Below are positions 8,815-18,886 of a stretch of 64,000 bases of DNA, piece by piece. The notes under the pieces are model-generated. The model worked only from the letters and a program-made list of their open reading frames with translations. It did not search any database and was not told the origin of the DNA. This stretch comes from an uncultured Pelagibacteraceae bacterium (GTDB taxonomy: Bacteria; Pseudomonadota; Alphaproteobacteria; Pelagibacterales; Pelagibacteraceae), in contig CACEIY010000003.1 in the NCBI GenBank assembly GCA_902559635.1, forward strand, positions 1,027 through 65,026, written 5' to 3'. Both the position numbers and the translations under genes were made by a program. Every line of letters starts with the position of its first letter. Within the stretch, counting starts at the first letter, position 1.

Positions 8815-10257
8815 ATGGATAAAATCTATTTAATAAATCAATCCACGTCGCTGACGCTAGTTTTTATTATTAGTCTAATTTTTGCATTTTTAGGCCTATA
8901 TCATTCGAAAAAAAAACAAGGATTAAATAGTTATTTAACAGCTAATAGAAATATTGGATTATTTTCATTAACCACAAGTTTAACTGCTTCAGCTTTGGGT
9001 GCTTGGATTTTATTTGGTCCAGTCTCAGCAGCTAGTTGGGGAGGTATAGGAGCTATTATTGGCTATTCTTTAGGAACAGCATTTCCAATGATTTTTTTAA
9101 TTTATTTAGGAAAAAAAATTAGAAAAGAATTTCCTAAAGGATCATCTTTAATTGAATTCATGAGAAAGAAATTTGGAAAAAGTTTATTTAAACTTATTTT
9201 GTTAATGACTATTTTTTATATGTTTATTTTCTTATGCGCAGAAGTAACTGCCATTGCAGTTTTAATAAATTATATATCAGGAACAAAACTTTGGATTACA
9301 GCTTTAATTGTCTTACTGTCGACTTTAACTTACACTTTGTATGGTGGATTAAGAGCTTCAATATTTACAGATAATATTCAAATGATAGTAATTGGAATTT
9401 TATTATTGATTTCTCTATCATATATAATTTCTTTTACGGGGTCTCAATTTTCTTTTAATTTTATAAAACAAAAAAATCCTCATCTTTTAAGTAGCGCTTA
9501 TATACCAAGTTACACTTCTGGTTTAACTTTTTTTATTGCAGTAGCTGCAACTAATTTATTTCATCAAGGTAATTGGCAACGAGTATATGCAGCAAAAAGT
9601 TTTGAAATATTAAAAAAAAGTTTGTTATTATCTTTTTTTATAATTGTTCCAATAGTTTTCTATATGGGTTTTATAGGAATGGTTGCCTTTACAATTGACT
9701 CAACTACTAGACCCGATCTTGGTTTTTTTTCTTTACTTCTTAAAGAACAAACTGAATTGTTATCTTTATTAGTAATAATACTTGGTCTAGCATTGACTAT
9801 TTCAACAGTTGATACTTTGATAAATGCTATATCAAGTTTGATTATAGTAGATGGAAAAGCTACTTTTAATTTTAAAAAGAAAATAAATTATTTAAACTTT
9901 TCTAAATATATTATCGCATTATTATCAATAATATCATTCATAATTGCATCAAAAGGATACGATATTTTATATTTATTTTTATTAGCTGATTTATTCTGTT
10001 GTGCTTTTGTTTTGACAGTTTTTTATAGTTTTTATAATAAAGATGTTGATGAAAAAACTGCATATTTCTCAATTATTTTTGGATTAATTGGTGGTTTTTT
10101 GGTTTTTCCTACCCCTGATTTTTCAAAAAGTTTGTTAGTTGGTGTTTTGATGCCTAAGGAACTTTTTGCTCCTTTTATAATACAATCGCTTTTATTTTTG
10201 TCTTTTGTAATAGCAACTTTTTTACCATTTATAGTTTTAAAAATTAAAAAGTTTTAA
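8815..10257 (+). CDS. thiV: Sodium:solute symporter, ThiV-type thiamine-precursor transporter
   Basis: SSS motifs 'YTLYGGLRASIFTD', 'WQRVYAA', 'STVDTLINA'; directly behind a TPP riboswitch. Confidence 0.8.
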   Translation: MDKIYLINQSTSLTLVFIISLIFAFLGLYHSKKKQGLNSYLTANRNIGLFSLTTSLTASALGAWILFGPVSAASWGGIGAIIGYSLGTAFPMIFLIYLGKKIRKEFPKGSSLIEFMRKKFGKSLFKLILLMTIFYMFIFLCAEVTAIAVLINYISGTKLWITALIVLLSTLTYTLYGGLRASIFTDNIQMIVIGILLLISLSYIISFTGSQFSFNFIKQKNPHLLSSAYIPSYTSGLTFFIAVAATNLFHQGNWQRVYAAKSFEILKKSLLLSFFIIVPIVFYMGFIGMVAFTIDSTTRPDLGFFSLLLKEQTELLSLLVIILGLALTISTVDTLINAISSLIIVDGKATFNFKKKINYLNFSKYIIALLSIISFIIASKGYDILYLFLLADLFCCAFVLTVFYSFYNKDVDEKTAYFSIIFGLIGGFLVFPTPDFSKSLLVGVLMPKELFAPFIIQSLLFLSFVIATFLPFIVLKIKKF

Positions 10258-10304
10258 CATTACTCGATTGTATTAAAAGAATTAATAGTTATATATCTGT
10301 TTCA

Positions 10305-11240
10305 ATGTCAGATAATCAAATATCAATTAATGGTCTTACAAAAGTTTATGATAATGGCTTTAATGCTTTAAAGAATATTAATCTAAATATAAAAAAAGGA
10401 GAAATTTTTGCAATGCTTGGACCAAACGGAGCAGGAAAAACTACCTTAATAAATATTATTTGTGGAATAGTAAAACCGTCCTCAGGAGAAGTTAAAGTTG
10501 AAGAATTTGATATCATTAGAGATTATAGAGAGACACGTTCGAGAATAGGTTTAGTTCCTCAAGAATTAACTTTAGAAGCATTTGAAACAGTTTTTAATAA
10601 TGTTTCTTATTCAAGGGGTCTTTACGGAAAGAAACCAAATCCCTCACATATAGAAAAAGTTTTAAAACAGCTAAGTCTTTGGGACAAAAAAGATATAGGA
10701 CTTAGACAGTTATCGGGAGGAATGAAAAGAAGAGTTTTAATTGCTAAAGCTTTATCTCATGAGCCTAGAATTTTATTTTTAGATGAACCTACTGCAGGAG
10801 TTGATGTTGAGTTAAGACAAGAGATGTGGAAAGTAGTTAAGTCACTAAGAGAAACGGGTGTAACAATTATTTTAACAACCCATTATATTGAAGAAGCAGA
10901 AGCTATAGCAGATAGAGTAGGGGTAATCAATCAAGGTGAAATTATAATTGTAGAACAAAAAAAAGAACTTTTAAAGAAAATGGGTCATAAAAAATTAACT
11001 GTTGAATTACAAGATGAAATTAAAGAAATCCCTATTTCATTGAAAAAATATAATTTAATTATTGGAGATAACAAAATGTCATTAGATTACACTTATAATA
11101 TAAGTGAAAAACAAACTGGGATAACAAATCTTTTACAAGATTTGAAAGATTCAGGATTAAAATTAAAAGATCTCAAGACAGAGCAAAGTAATTTAGAAAA
11201 AATATTTGTTAGTTTAGTAAGGGAAAATAATGAAATTTAA
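10305..11240 (+). CDS. ABC-2 type transporter ATP-binding protein (YadG-like)
   Basis: GPNGAGKTT, LSGGMKRR, LFLDEPTAGVD, TTHYIEEAE. Confidence 0.9.
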   Translation: MSDNQISINGLTKVYDNGFNALKNINLNIKKGEIFAMLGPNGAGKTTLINIICGIVKPSSGEVKVEEFDIIRDYRETRSRIGLVPQELTLEAFETVFNNVSYSRGLYGKKPNPSHIEKVLKQLSLWDKKDIGLRQLSGGMKRRVLIAKALSHEPRILFLDEPTAGVDVELRQEMWKVVKSLRETGVTIILTTHYIEEAEAIADRVGVINQGEIIIVEQKKELLKKMGHKKLTVELQDEIKEIPISLKKYNLIIGDNKMSLDYTYNISEKQTGITNLLQDLKDSGLKLKDLKTEQSNLEKIFVSLVRENNEI

Positions 11241-11997
11241 TTACTACGCTTTTAAAGCAATTTATCTTCACGAAATGGATAGGTTCAGAAGAACTTTAGG
11301 ACAATCACTTTTGTCTCCTGTGATATCTACTTCATTATATTTTATAGTTTTCGGATCTGTTATTGGAGGTTATGTGCAAAATATTGATGGTATTAGTTAT
11401 GGATCTTATATTGTCCCTGGTTTGTTAATGCTGACTTTATTAACTCAATCTATAAGTAATACCTCTTTTGGAATTTTTTTTCCAAAATTTAATGGAACAA
11501 TTTATGAGATACTAGCAGCTCCAATATCAACTCTAGAAGTAGTTTTAGCTTTTGTAGGAGCTGGAGCAACTAAAACAGTGATTGTTGGAGTTATGATATT
11601 TATAACATCAATGTTTTTTGTTGAGGTAGAGGTAAAATATCCGTTACTAATGATTTTTTTATTATTATTAGTTTCTTTTACTTTTGCTTTATTTGGTTTT
11701 TTAATTGGATTAGTGAGTACAAATTTCGAACAAATGTCAATTATTCCTTCTTTAGTTGTTACACCAATGGTTTTTTTAGGTGGTAGCTTATATTCTTTAG
11801 ATATGTTGCCAGAATTTTGGCAAATGGTAACCTATTTTAATCCGGTGGTTTATCTAATAAATGGTCTTAGATATTCTTTTTATGGTGTCTCCGATTTTAA
11901 TATTTGGATAAGCATAAGTTTGATGATTTTATTTTTAATCATTTGCATAACTATGGTCTCAGTACTCTTAAAAAGAGGATATAATATAAAAACTTAA
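11230..11997 (+). CDS. ABC-2 type permease (YadH-like)
   Basis: 'SPVISTSLYF', 'YIVPGL', 'NPVVYLINGLRY'. Confidence 0.88.
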   Translation: MKFNYYAFKAIYLHEMDRFRRTLGQSLLSPVISTSLYFIVFGSVIGGYVQNIDGISYGSYIVPGLLMLTLLTQSISNTSFGIFFPKFNGTIYEILAAPISTLEVVLAFVGAGATKTVIVGVMIFITSMFFVEVEVKYPLLMIFLLLLVSFTFALFGFLIGLVSTNFEQMSIIPSLVVTPMVFLGGSLYSLDMLPEFWQMVTYFNPVVYLINGLRYSFYGVSDFNIWISISLMILFLIICITMVSVLLKRGYNIKT

Positions 11998-12009
11998 TCG
12001 ACTTAATTT

Positions 12010-13284
12010 TTAGAACTGTTCAGACTCTGTAGAACCTTCCATTGCGGTAGTAGAGCTTTTTCCACTACTTATTGTATTAGAAACAGCATCAAAATAAGAT
12101 GTTCCAACTTCTCTTTGATGTTTTACACTAGTGTAACCATCTTTCTCACGTGCAAATTCTTGTTCTTGTATTTTTGAATATGCGCTCATACCTTCTTTTT
12201 TATATTTTGCCGCAAGTTCAAAAATAGCAATATTTTGAGTATGAAATCCAGCAAGAGTAATAAATTGAAATTTATAACCCATTTTACTAATTTCTTCTTG
12301 GAAAGAAGCTATTTGGGTATCAGATAAATGTTTTTTCCAATTAAAAGAAGGTGAACAATTATAAGCTAAAATTTTTCCTGGAAATTTTTCATGTATAGCA
12401 TCAGCAAATTTTTTAGCTTCTTCTAGATTAGGAGTGGCTGTTTCACACCAAATTAAATCAGAATAAGGAGCATAAGCCAGACCCCTAGAGATAGCTTGTT
12501 CTATTCCTGCTTTTACATAATAAAAACCCTCTGGCGATCTTTCACCATTTAAGAATGGTTTATCGTTTTCATCATGATCATTTGTAATTAGTTTTGCGGC
12601 ATTAGCATCTGTCCTCGCTAAAATAATCAAAGGAACATCAGCTATATCAGCAGCAAGTCTTGCAGCTTTTAAGTTTTTGACCATAGTTCCAGTTGGAACT
12701 AGGACTTTACCTCCCATATGACCACATTTTTTTTCACTTGCTAACTGATCTTCGAAATGCACACCAGCAGCTCCAGCTTTTATAAATTTTTTTGCAAGCT
12801 CAAATACATTTAATGGTCCTCCAAATCCTGCTTCACCATCTGCGATGATTGGTAACATATAATCAACTTTTTTTTCCTCTTTCATATCACCATCTTTTAT
12901 TTCCATGTGCTGTATTTGATCTGCTCTAATTAAAGCATTGTTCATTGACTCCACAAGTTTAGGTGCACTGTCATAAGGATAAAGAGATTGATCTGGATAC
13001 ATTTCACCAGCACTATTTGCATCTGCTGCCACTTGCCAGCCACTTAAGTAAATTGCTTTTAAACCTGCTTTAGCATGTTGTACTGCGTGGTTTCCAGATA
13101 AAGAACCTAAAGTATTAACATAGGACTCTGTATTAAGTAATTTCCACAATTTTGTAGATTGTTGTTTACATAAAGAATATTCAATTTTTATTGAGCCTCT
13201 TAGTCTTTCCACTTCTTCTGGAGTATAATCTCTTTTAATTCCAGCAAATCTTTTTAAGTCATAAGAGACATTTTCTGCACTCAT
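12010..13284 (-). CDS. aceA: Isocitrate lyase
   Basis: 'KKCGHM' catalytic motif, 'LSGWQVAAD', 'YNCSPSFNW', 'KHQREVG', C-terminal 'STESEQF'. Confidence 0.97.
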   Translation of the reverse strand: MSAENVSYDLKRFAGIKRDYTPEEVERLRGSIKIEYSLCKQQSTKLWKLLNTESYVNTLGSLSGNHAVQHAKAGLKAIYLSGWQVAADANSAGEMYPDQSLYPYDSAPKLVESMNNALIRADQIQHMEIKDGDMKEEKKVDYMLPIIADGEAGFGGPLNVFELAKKFIKAGAAGVHFEDQLASEKKCGHMGGKVLVPTGTMVKNLKAARLAADIADVPLIILARTDANAAKLITNDHDENDKPFLNGERSPEGFYYVKAGIEQAISRGLAYAPYSDLIWCETATPNLEEAKKFADAIHEKFPGKILAYNCSPSFNWKKHLSDTQIASFQEEISKMGYKFQFITLAGFHTQNIAIFELAAKYKKEGMSAYSKIQEQEFAREKDGYTSVKHQREVGTSYFDAVSNTISSGKSSTTAMEGSTESEQF

Positions 13285-13336
13285 TTATAATTCCTTATTT
13301 TAGTTATTTTTTTAGAAAATTGATTAGTTGAACGAA

Positions 13337-13498
13337 TTAGTTGTTGTCGTTAAGAGTCTCAACAAGGTCTTTCATTCCACTTGAACCCCAATCACAATGA
13401 TCATCTCTCATATAAATTCCTCTCCTATTATGTCTAGCTAGATCTTCATGATTTATGATTTGAGCCTCATTTTCTTGATTTTTTATTTTTTCGTCCAT
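13337..13498 (-). CDS. Small ORF upstream of aceA (53 aa, or 24 aa from an internal RBS-preceded ATG)
   Basis: Read by hand: MDEKIKNQENEAQIINHEDLARHNRRGIYMRDDHCDWGSSGMKDLVETLNDNN. AGGAGAGGA lies just before the internal ATG. Confidence 0.55.
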   Translation of the reverse strand: MDEKIKNQENEAQIINHEDLARHNRRGIYMRDDHCDWGSSGMKDLVETLNDNN

Positions 13499-13599
13499 GT
13501 AAATTATATAATTTACAGGATTTACAAAATCTATTAAAAAGTTTAAAAACCTTGTAAATTAAAGAAAAAAATTGTAAAAATAAATTTACAAAATTTACT
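13498..13599. promoter_or_regulatory. Operator array for the RamB/ScfR regulator in the aceA/regulator divergent promoter
   Basis: Perfect 20-bp palindrome TGTAAATTATATAATTTACA (13498-13517) plus TGTAAA/TTTAC half-sites at 13521, 13553, 13573, 13585 and 13594. Confidence 0.65.
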
Positions 13600-13609
13600 A
13601 ATAGAAAAT

Positions 13610-15040
13610 ATGAGTCAATTAGATTTAAAAATAGGTCCAAAAATCAAGGCTTTTCGAAGACAACTAGGACTTCAAGCCAATAAGCTTGCCGAAGACTTGG
13701 GCATATCTCCTAGTTATTTAAACCTCATAGAAGGAGGTAAAAGAAAAATTGATGGAGATCTTTTGCTTAGAATTTGTGAAAAGTTAAATATAGAGCTTTC
13801 TCAATTAACTTCAAAAACAGATATTAACTTAGAAAATACATTATCGGAAATTTTAGACGATAAACTTTTTGAAGATTTAGATATTTTAGGGCCGGAGGTA
13901 AAAGATCTTGTAGGTACTAATCCAAAAATAGGAAAAGCAATCGTAAGATTAGGAGATATTTTAAAAAAAAAAGATCACGAATTAGTTAATAAAATTGAAA
14001 AGATGTCAGGTAAAATTGTTGATAATAGAAAAAACTCTTTTCCAGGAGAAGTTATTTCTGATTTTCTTCAAGAAAATAAAAATTATTTTCCAAAACTTGA
14101 AGAGTTTGCAAATAAAGTTTTTGATAAAGTACAAAAAAATAATCGAACAAGATACATTGCTCTTTGTGATTATTTAAAGATAGAATATGGTATAACAGTA
14201 AAGGATGTAATTCCTGAAGAAGATAAACCTTTTTCAAAAATTTTTTATAAAAATAAAAAAGAATTATTATTGAGCGATTATAGTTCATTAGAAACTAAAA
14301 AACTACATGCCGCTGCTCAAATTGCACAAGAGGGAGCAAATAAAGAAATAGAGGATTATTTATCTAATTTTACATTTCCATCTGAAGAATCTAAAAAATT
14401 ATCAAAGGTAGCGCTACTGAATTACTGTGGGGCAGCTATATTAATGCCATACAAACATTTTCATTCAGAATGTAAAAAGCTTAAATATGACTTGGAATTA
14501 TTACAAAATACTTTTGCAACATCTTTTGAGCAAGTTGCACATAGAGTAACTTGTTTACAAGATCCAAAATTACCAGGAATACCATTCCATTTTTTAAGAG
14601 TTGATATGGCAGGAAATATTTCAAAAAGATTTTCATTATCTGGAATCGAAATACCTAGGTATGGAGGCGCATGTCCAAGATGGAATGTTTACTCAGCTCT
14701 TACTAGACCTGGAGTTATTCAAGCTGCAGTTAGTAAAATGACTAATGGTGAAAAGTATGTTTGTATTGCAAGGACAGTTGAAAAAGGAATTGGAAGATTT
14801 GGTCAATCAAAAAGTATTTTGTCAATTGGACTTGGATGTGAAGCTAAATATGCAAAAGATTTTGTATATACAGAAAATATGAATATCAATGATAAATCTA
14901 CAGAAATTCCAATAGGCGTATCATGCAGAACATGCGATAGATTAGACTGTTCACAAAGAGCATTTCCTCCTTTACATAAAAAGTTTGACGTTGATATTAA
15001 TACTAGAGGAGTATCTGTTTATGTTGGTGACGAAAATTAA
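13610..15040 (+). CDS. ramB: ScfR/RamB-family XRE transcriptional regulator (short-chain acyl-CoA regulator)
   Basis: N-terminal XRE HTH 'LGISPSYLNLIE', 'SFEQVAHR', 'GNISKRFS', 'GGACPRW', C-terminal 'CRTCDRLDCSQRAFP'; divergent from aceA. Confidence 0.88.
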   Translation: MSQLDLKIGPKIKAFRRQLGLQANKLAEDLGISPSYLNLIEGGKRKIDGDLLLRICEKLNIELSQLTSKTDINLENTLSEILDDKLFEDLDILGPEVKDLVGTNPKIGKAIVRLGDILKKKDHELVNKIEKMSGKIVDNRKNSFPGEVISDFLQENKNYFPKLEEFANKVFDKVQKNNRTRYIALCDYLKIEYGITVKDVIPEEDKPFSKIFYKNKKELLLSDYSSLETKKLHAAAQIAQEGANKEIEDYLSNFTFPSEESKKLSKVALLNYCGAAILMPYKHFHSECKKLKYDLELLQNTFATSFEQVAHRVTCLQDPKLPGIPFHFLRVDMAGNISKRFSLSGIEIPRYGGACPRWNVYSALTRPGVIQAAVSKMTNGEKYVCIARTVEKGIGRFGQSKSILSIGLGCEAKYAKDFVYTENMNINDKSTEIPIGVSCRTCDRLDCSQRAFPPLHKKFDVDINTRGVSVYVGDEN

Positions 15041-15051
15041 TAAATGCAATA

Positions 15052-15216
15052 ATGATTAAATTTATAATTCCAGCAGTAATTTTCTTTTTAATTGTCTTAT
15101 TTTGGGAAAAAATAAATAAGGCAATTTATAAAAATTTTAATATTAAAATTAACAATATTATTATCTTAATATTATTAGTCATTTTAGGGATAATATTTAC
15201 TTTATTGTATTACTAA
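15052..15216 (+). CDS. Small two-TM membrane protein (54 aa), not in ORF track
   Basis: Read by hand: MIKFIIPAVIFFLIVLFWEKINKAIYKNFNIKINNIIILILLVILGIIFTLLYY. Confidence 0.55.
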   Translation: MIKFIIPAVIFFLIVLFWEKINKAIYKNFNIKINNIIILILLVILGIIFTLLYY

Positions 15217-15306
15217 TTTTATGAAAAATTGTCATAGCTAAGTTGTTAAATGATCATATGATGTCCAAATCTTATTAGGTAATTATAAGCTAATTAAATA
15301 TATCCA

Positions 15307-15930
15307 ATGAAAGAAATATTCAAAAATGTAAGGGAAAAACTAGTTGCTAAATATTTAGATAGTAACAGTTCAAAAAACACTAAAAAATTTAAACCTAGAC
15401 TCAAAGCTAGAATGAGAAAAAATAAACAAATCATTGGGAAAAATATTGATAATTTATTTGACTGGATTAAGGGGGCAGAACTAGTTGAGTTAAAAAAATG
15501 TAATACAGATGAAGATCCTGTTAGACCAGAATTAGATAATGTTTTTAGAAGAAGTTATGGAAGAAAAATATATGGAGTAAAGTATGGTGGAGAAATTCAT
15601 GCTGTAATGTGTTTTGCATATACTAATCAAATACCAAGGAATGTTGATGAACTAAATAAACTTAGTCATGATGCATATTTACAAAGTGCACAAAGAGATC
15701 AAAATATAGGACAAATTGCAATTGCCTATACAGTTTGGTCCAAAAAAAAAGGTGGGGGAAAATTAATTGTAAAAGAAGTTTTTAAAAAAATTAAAAAATC
15801 TAATCATTTAAACAGACTAGTGACACTTTCACCACTTACAGAGATGGCAACTAAATTTCATACTAGAAATGGTGCTAAACTTTTACAAATTAATGAAACC
15901 ACTCAGAATTTTGAATATAAAATTCTTTAA
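15307..15930 (+). CDS. Hypothetical protein, probable GNAT fold resembling malonyl-CoA decarboxylase catalytic domain
   Basis: 'AIAYTVWS...GGGKLIVKEV...RLVTLSP' parallels MCD 'AIFYSIS...GNFLIKRV...TF.TLSP'. Confidence 0.5.
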   Translation: MKEIFKNVREKLVAKYLDSNSSKNTKKFKPRLKARMRKNKQIIGKNIDNLFDWIKGAELVELKKCNTDEDPVRPELDNVFRRSYGRKIYGVKYGGEIHAVMCFAYTNQIPRNVDELNKLSHDAYLQSAQRDQNIGQIAIAYTVWSKKKGGGKLIVKEVFKKIKKSNHLNRLVTLSPLTEMATKFHTRNGAKLLQINETTQNFEYKIL

Positions 15931-16981
15931 TTTTTTAATTATATTTATTTTAATTTTTATTTATAATTGTTTATCAATAGCTATGGATAAAAAACCTTAT
16001 CATCATTTACCAGATGGAACATTTAGAAATCCAGAAGGATCTCCTGTGAGAGATATAAATTTTAAATGGTCATTTAAAATTTTTAATAAAGAAAAAAAGA
16101 AATTAGATATGACAGTTCCTAAAGAACACGTAGTTAAAAAGGAAAAAGTATTATCAGATTTAGAAAAATTAAAAGATGATGATTATATTGCATGGATTGG
16201 ACATGCTACATTTATTATTAAATTAGGAAATACTACAATTATAACAGACCCTGTTTTTTCTAAAAATGCAGGACCATTAATATTTGGTCCAAAAAGATTT
16301 ACTGAACCAGCCTTAAAATTAAATGAAATTCCTAAAATTGATCTATTTTTACTTACTCATAATCATTACGATCATCAAGATATGATGACTATACGTAGGT
16401 TTCCTTTCAAGGATGCAAAAGTGATGCTTCCACTTAAACTTGGAAAATATTTTACAAGAAATGGATATAGAGATGTAAATGAAATGGATTGGTATGATGA
16501 GATAAATATTAATGAAAAATTAAAAATCACATTCCTTCCTGCAGTTCATTGGTCCAAAAGAAGCTTAACAGATACAAACAAAACTTTATGGGGTAATTTT
16601 TTAATTGAATATGATGGAAAAAAAATTTTATTTGCTTGCGATACTGGAGTTGGAAATATTTATAAAGATTTAGGAAATAAATATGGTCCAATAGATATCT
16701 CTTTTATTAACATTGGCGCTTATAATTTTTATCCAATATCACCTTATAAAGATAAATCTACTTATCATACTAATCCTGAAGAAGCCCTAAGTATAGGTAG
16801 AGATTTGAAAAGCAAAAAAGTTATAGGAACTCACTGGGGAACTTTTGTTTTATCTTTAGAGCCAATTATGGAACCTCCAGTTAGATTTAAAGAAAATGCT
16901 GAAAAATATGGTTTTAAAAAAGAAGATGCTATTATTTTTAAAATTGGCCAATTTAACAATTTACAAGATATAATTAATTAA
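15869..16981 (+). CDS. MBL-fold metallohydrolase, RomA/NAPE-PLD-like (true start probably 15893 or later)
   Basis: 'FRNP', 'WIGHAT', 'TDPVFS', 'THNHYDH', 'PAVHWSKR', 'HTNPEEA', 'HWGTF'; hydrophobic N-terminus. Confidence 0.85.
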   Translation: MVLNFYKLMKPLRILNIKFFNFLIIFILIFIYNCLSIAMDKKPYHHLPDGTFRNPEGSPVRDINFKWSFKIFNKEKKKLDMTVPKEHVVKKEKVLSDLEKLKDDDYIAWIGHATFIIKLGNTTIITDPVFSKNAGPLIFGPKRFTEPALKLNEIPKIDLFLLTHNHYDHQDMMTIRRFPFKDAKVMLPLKLGKYFTRNGYRDVNEMDWYDEININEKLKITFLPAVHWSKRSLTDTNKTLWGNFLIEYDGKKILFACDTGVGNIYKDLGNKYGPIDISFINIGAYNFYPISPYKDKSTYHTNPEEALSIGRDLKSKKVIGTHWGTFVLSLEPIMEPPVRFKENAEKYGFKKEDAIIFKIGQFNNLQDIIN

Positions 16982-16982
16982 T

Positions 16983-17885
16983 ATGGGAAATAAAAATTCT
17001 AGAAACCTAGTCGGTTATGGATCAAAGGGTAAAAAAATCTCTTGGCCCAACAATGCAAAATTAGCTCTTCAAATAGTTTTAAATTATGAAGAAGGAGGAG
17101 AGAACTGTGTTTTAAATGGAGACAAATATTCAGAGACTTTTTTATCAGAAATTATAGGAGCAAAAGCAATCAAAGGTAGACATATTAGCATGGAAAGTAT
17201 TTATGAATATGGTTCTCGAGCAGGCTTTTGGAGATTAGATAAATTATTTAAAGAAAAAAATATTCCAGTTACAGTTTTTGGTGTAGGACTAGCTTTAGAA
17301 CAAAATCCTGAAGTTTGTAAAGCAATAAAAAATGGCAATTACGAAGTTGCTGCTCATGGCTATCGTTGGATTGATTATCAAGATATAAAAAAATCGGATG
17401 AAAAGAAGCATATGCAAAAAGCAATTAAAACTATTAAGAAAATTTTTGGTTCAAGACCGCTTGGATGGTACACAGGAAGATGTAGCCCAAATACAAGAGA
17501 TTTAGTTTTTGATGAAGGTGGTTTTTTATATGACAGTGATAGCTATAGTGACGACATTCCTTACTGGGAATATAGAGGTAAGAAAAAACAACTAATTATT
17601 CCGTATACTTTAGATAATAATGATATGCGATTTGCAACTAACCAAGGTTTTAATACTGGAGATCATTTTTACAATTATTTAAAAGATAGTTTTGATTCAT
17701 TGTACGAAGAAGGTAAAACAAATCCTAAAATGATGTCAGTTGGTTTACATTGTAGATTGATAGGAAGGCCAGGAAGAATTCAATCTTTAAAAAGATTTTT
17801 AAATTATGTTCTAAAATTTAATGATATTTGGATATGTAAAAGAATAGATATAGCAAATCACTGGATAAAAAATTATTCAAATTAA
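16983..17885 (+). CDS. puuE: Allantoinase PuuE (polysaccharide deacetylase fold)
   Basis: 'LNYEEGGE', 'ESIYEYGSRAGFWR', 'HGYRWIDYQ', 'GWYTGR', 'YTLDNNDMRF', 'GLHCRLIGRPGR'. Confidence 0.93.
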   Translation: MGNKNSRNLVGYGSKGKKISWPNNAKLALQIVLNYEEGGENCVLNGDKYSETFLSEIIGAKAIKGRHISMESIYEYGSRAGFWRLDKLFKEKNIPVTVFGVGLALEQNPEVCKAIKNGNYEVAAHGYRWIDYQDIKKSDEKKHMQKAIKTIKKIFGSRPLGWYTGRCSPNTRDLVFDEGGFLYDSDSYSDDIPYWEYRGKKKQLIIPYTLDNNDMRFATNQGFNTGDHFYNYLKDSFDSLYEEGKTNPKMMSVGLHCRLIGRPGRIQSLKRFLNYVLKFNDIWICKRIDIANHWIKNYSN

Positions 17886-17893
17886 TAGTTATA

Positions 17894-18886
17894 ATGAAAA
17901 AAAAAAATATTATTTACTTAAATGGATTAATTGATTTAGCTCAGTCAAGATTAGGTTCGAAAATAGTTTACAAAACAGATGAGTTTTTTGCACCTGCTAA
18001 AAGAATTATTAATCCTTGGCCCCCTGTATTTAAAGAAGGAGTATTTGATAAACATGGAAAATGGATGGATGGATGGGAAACTAGAAGAAAAAGAACAAAA
18101 GGCTTTGATTTTTTAATTTTAAAATTTGGAAAACCAGGTTTAATAAAAAAAGTTGATATTGATACATCATATTTTTCTGGAAATCATCCAGATCAAGTTT
18201 CATTACAAGCTTGCATTAGTAAAAAAAAAATACCTAATAAAAAAACTAAATGGATAACAATTGTTAAAAAAAGCAGAACTAAAGCAAACAGCCATCATCT
18301 ATTTAATGTAAAAAATAAAAATTACTTTACTCATATAAAATTAAATATTTTTCCTGATGGTGGAGTAGCAAGATTAAGAGTATACGGATCTATGAAAATT
18401 GTAAACAAAGTACAGAATAAAATTCAAAACCTAACATCAGTTGTGAATGGGGCAGTGCCAATAGCTTGTAATGATGAACATTTTGGAAGAGCTGAAAATA
18501 TACTTGCTCCAGGAACTGGAAAAAATATGGGTGATGGATGGGAAACTAGAAGGAGTAGGGGAAAAAATTTTGACTGGATAATAGTAAAATGTTCATCACC
18601 AGGAAAAATTAATAAAATTCAACTTGATACACATCACTTTAAAGGAAATTATCCTGATAAGTGTTCTGTACAAGCTGCCTATATTCCAAATAAAATTTCA
18701 GAAAAACATATTGTTAATAACTCAAAAAAATGGGCTTACCTTCTAAATAAGATTAAACTTCATGCCCATAAAAAACATAACTTTAATAACAAAGTAATGA
18801 AAAATAAAAAAGTAAATTATATTAGAATTAATATATTCCCAGATGGTGGAATTTCTAGAATAAGAGCTTTTGGAAAAGTAGAATGA
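17894..18886 (+). CDS. alc: Allantoicase
   Basis: Two repeats each with 'DGWETRR' and 'IFPDGG.RLR'. Confidence 0.95.
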   Translation: MKKKNIIYLNGLIDLAQSRLGSKIVYKTDEFFAPAKRIINPWPPVFKEGVFDKHGKWMDGWETRRKRTKGFDFLILKFGKPGLIKKVDIDTSYFSGNHPDQVSLQACISKKKIPNKKTKWITIVKKSRTKANSHHLFNVKNKNYFTHIKLNIFPDGGVARLRVYGSMKIVNKVQNKIQNLTSVVNGAVPIACNDEHFGRAENILAPGTGKNMGDGWETRRSRGKNFDWIIVKCSSPGKINKIQLDTHHFKGNYPDKCSVQAAYIPNKISEKHIVNNSKKWAYLLNKIKLHAHKKHNFNNKVMKNKKVNYIRINIFPDGGISRIRAFGKVE

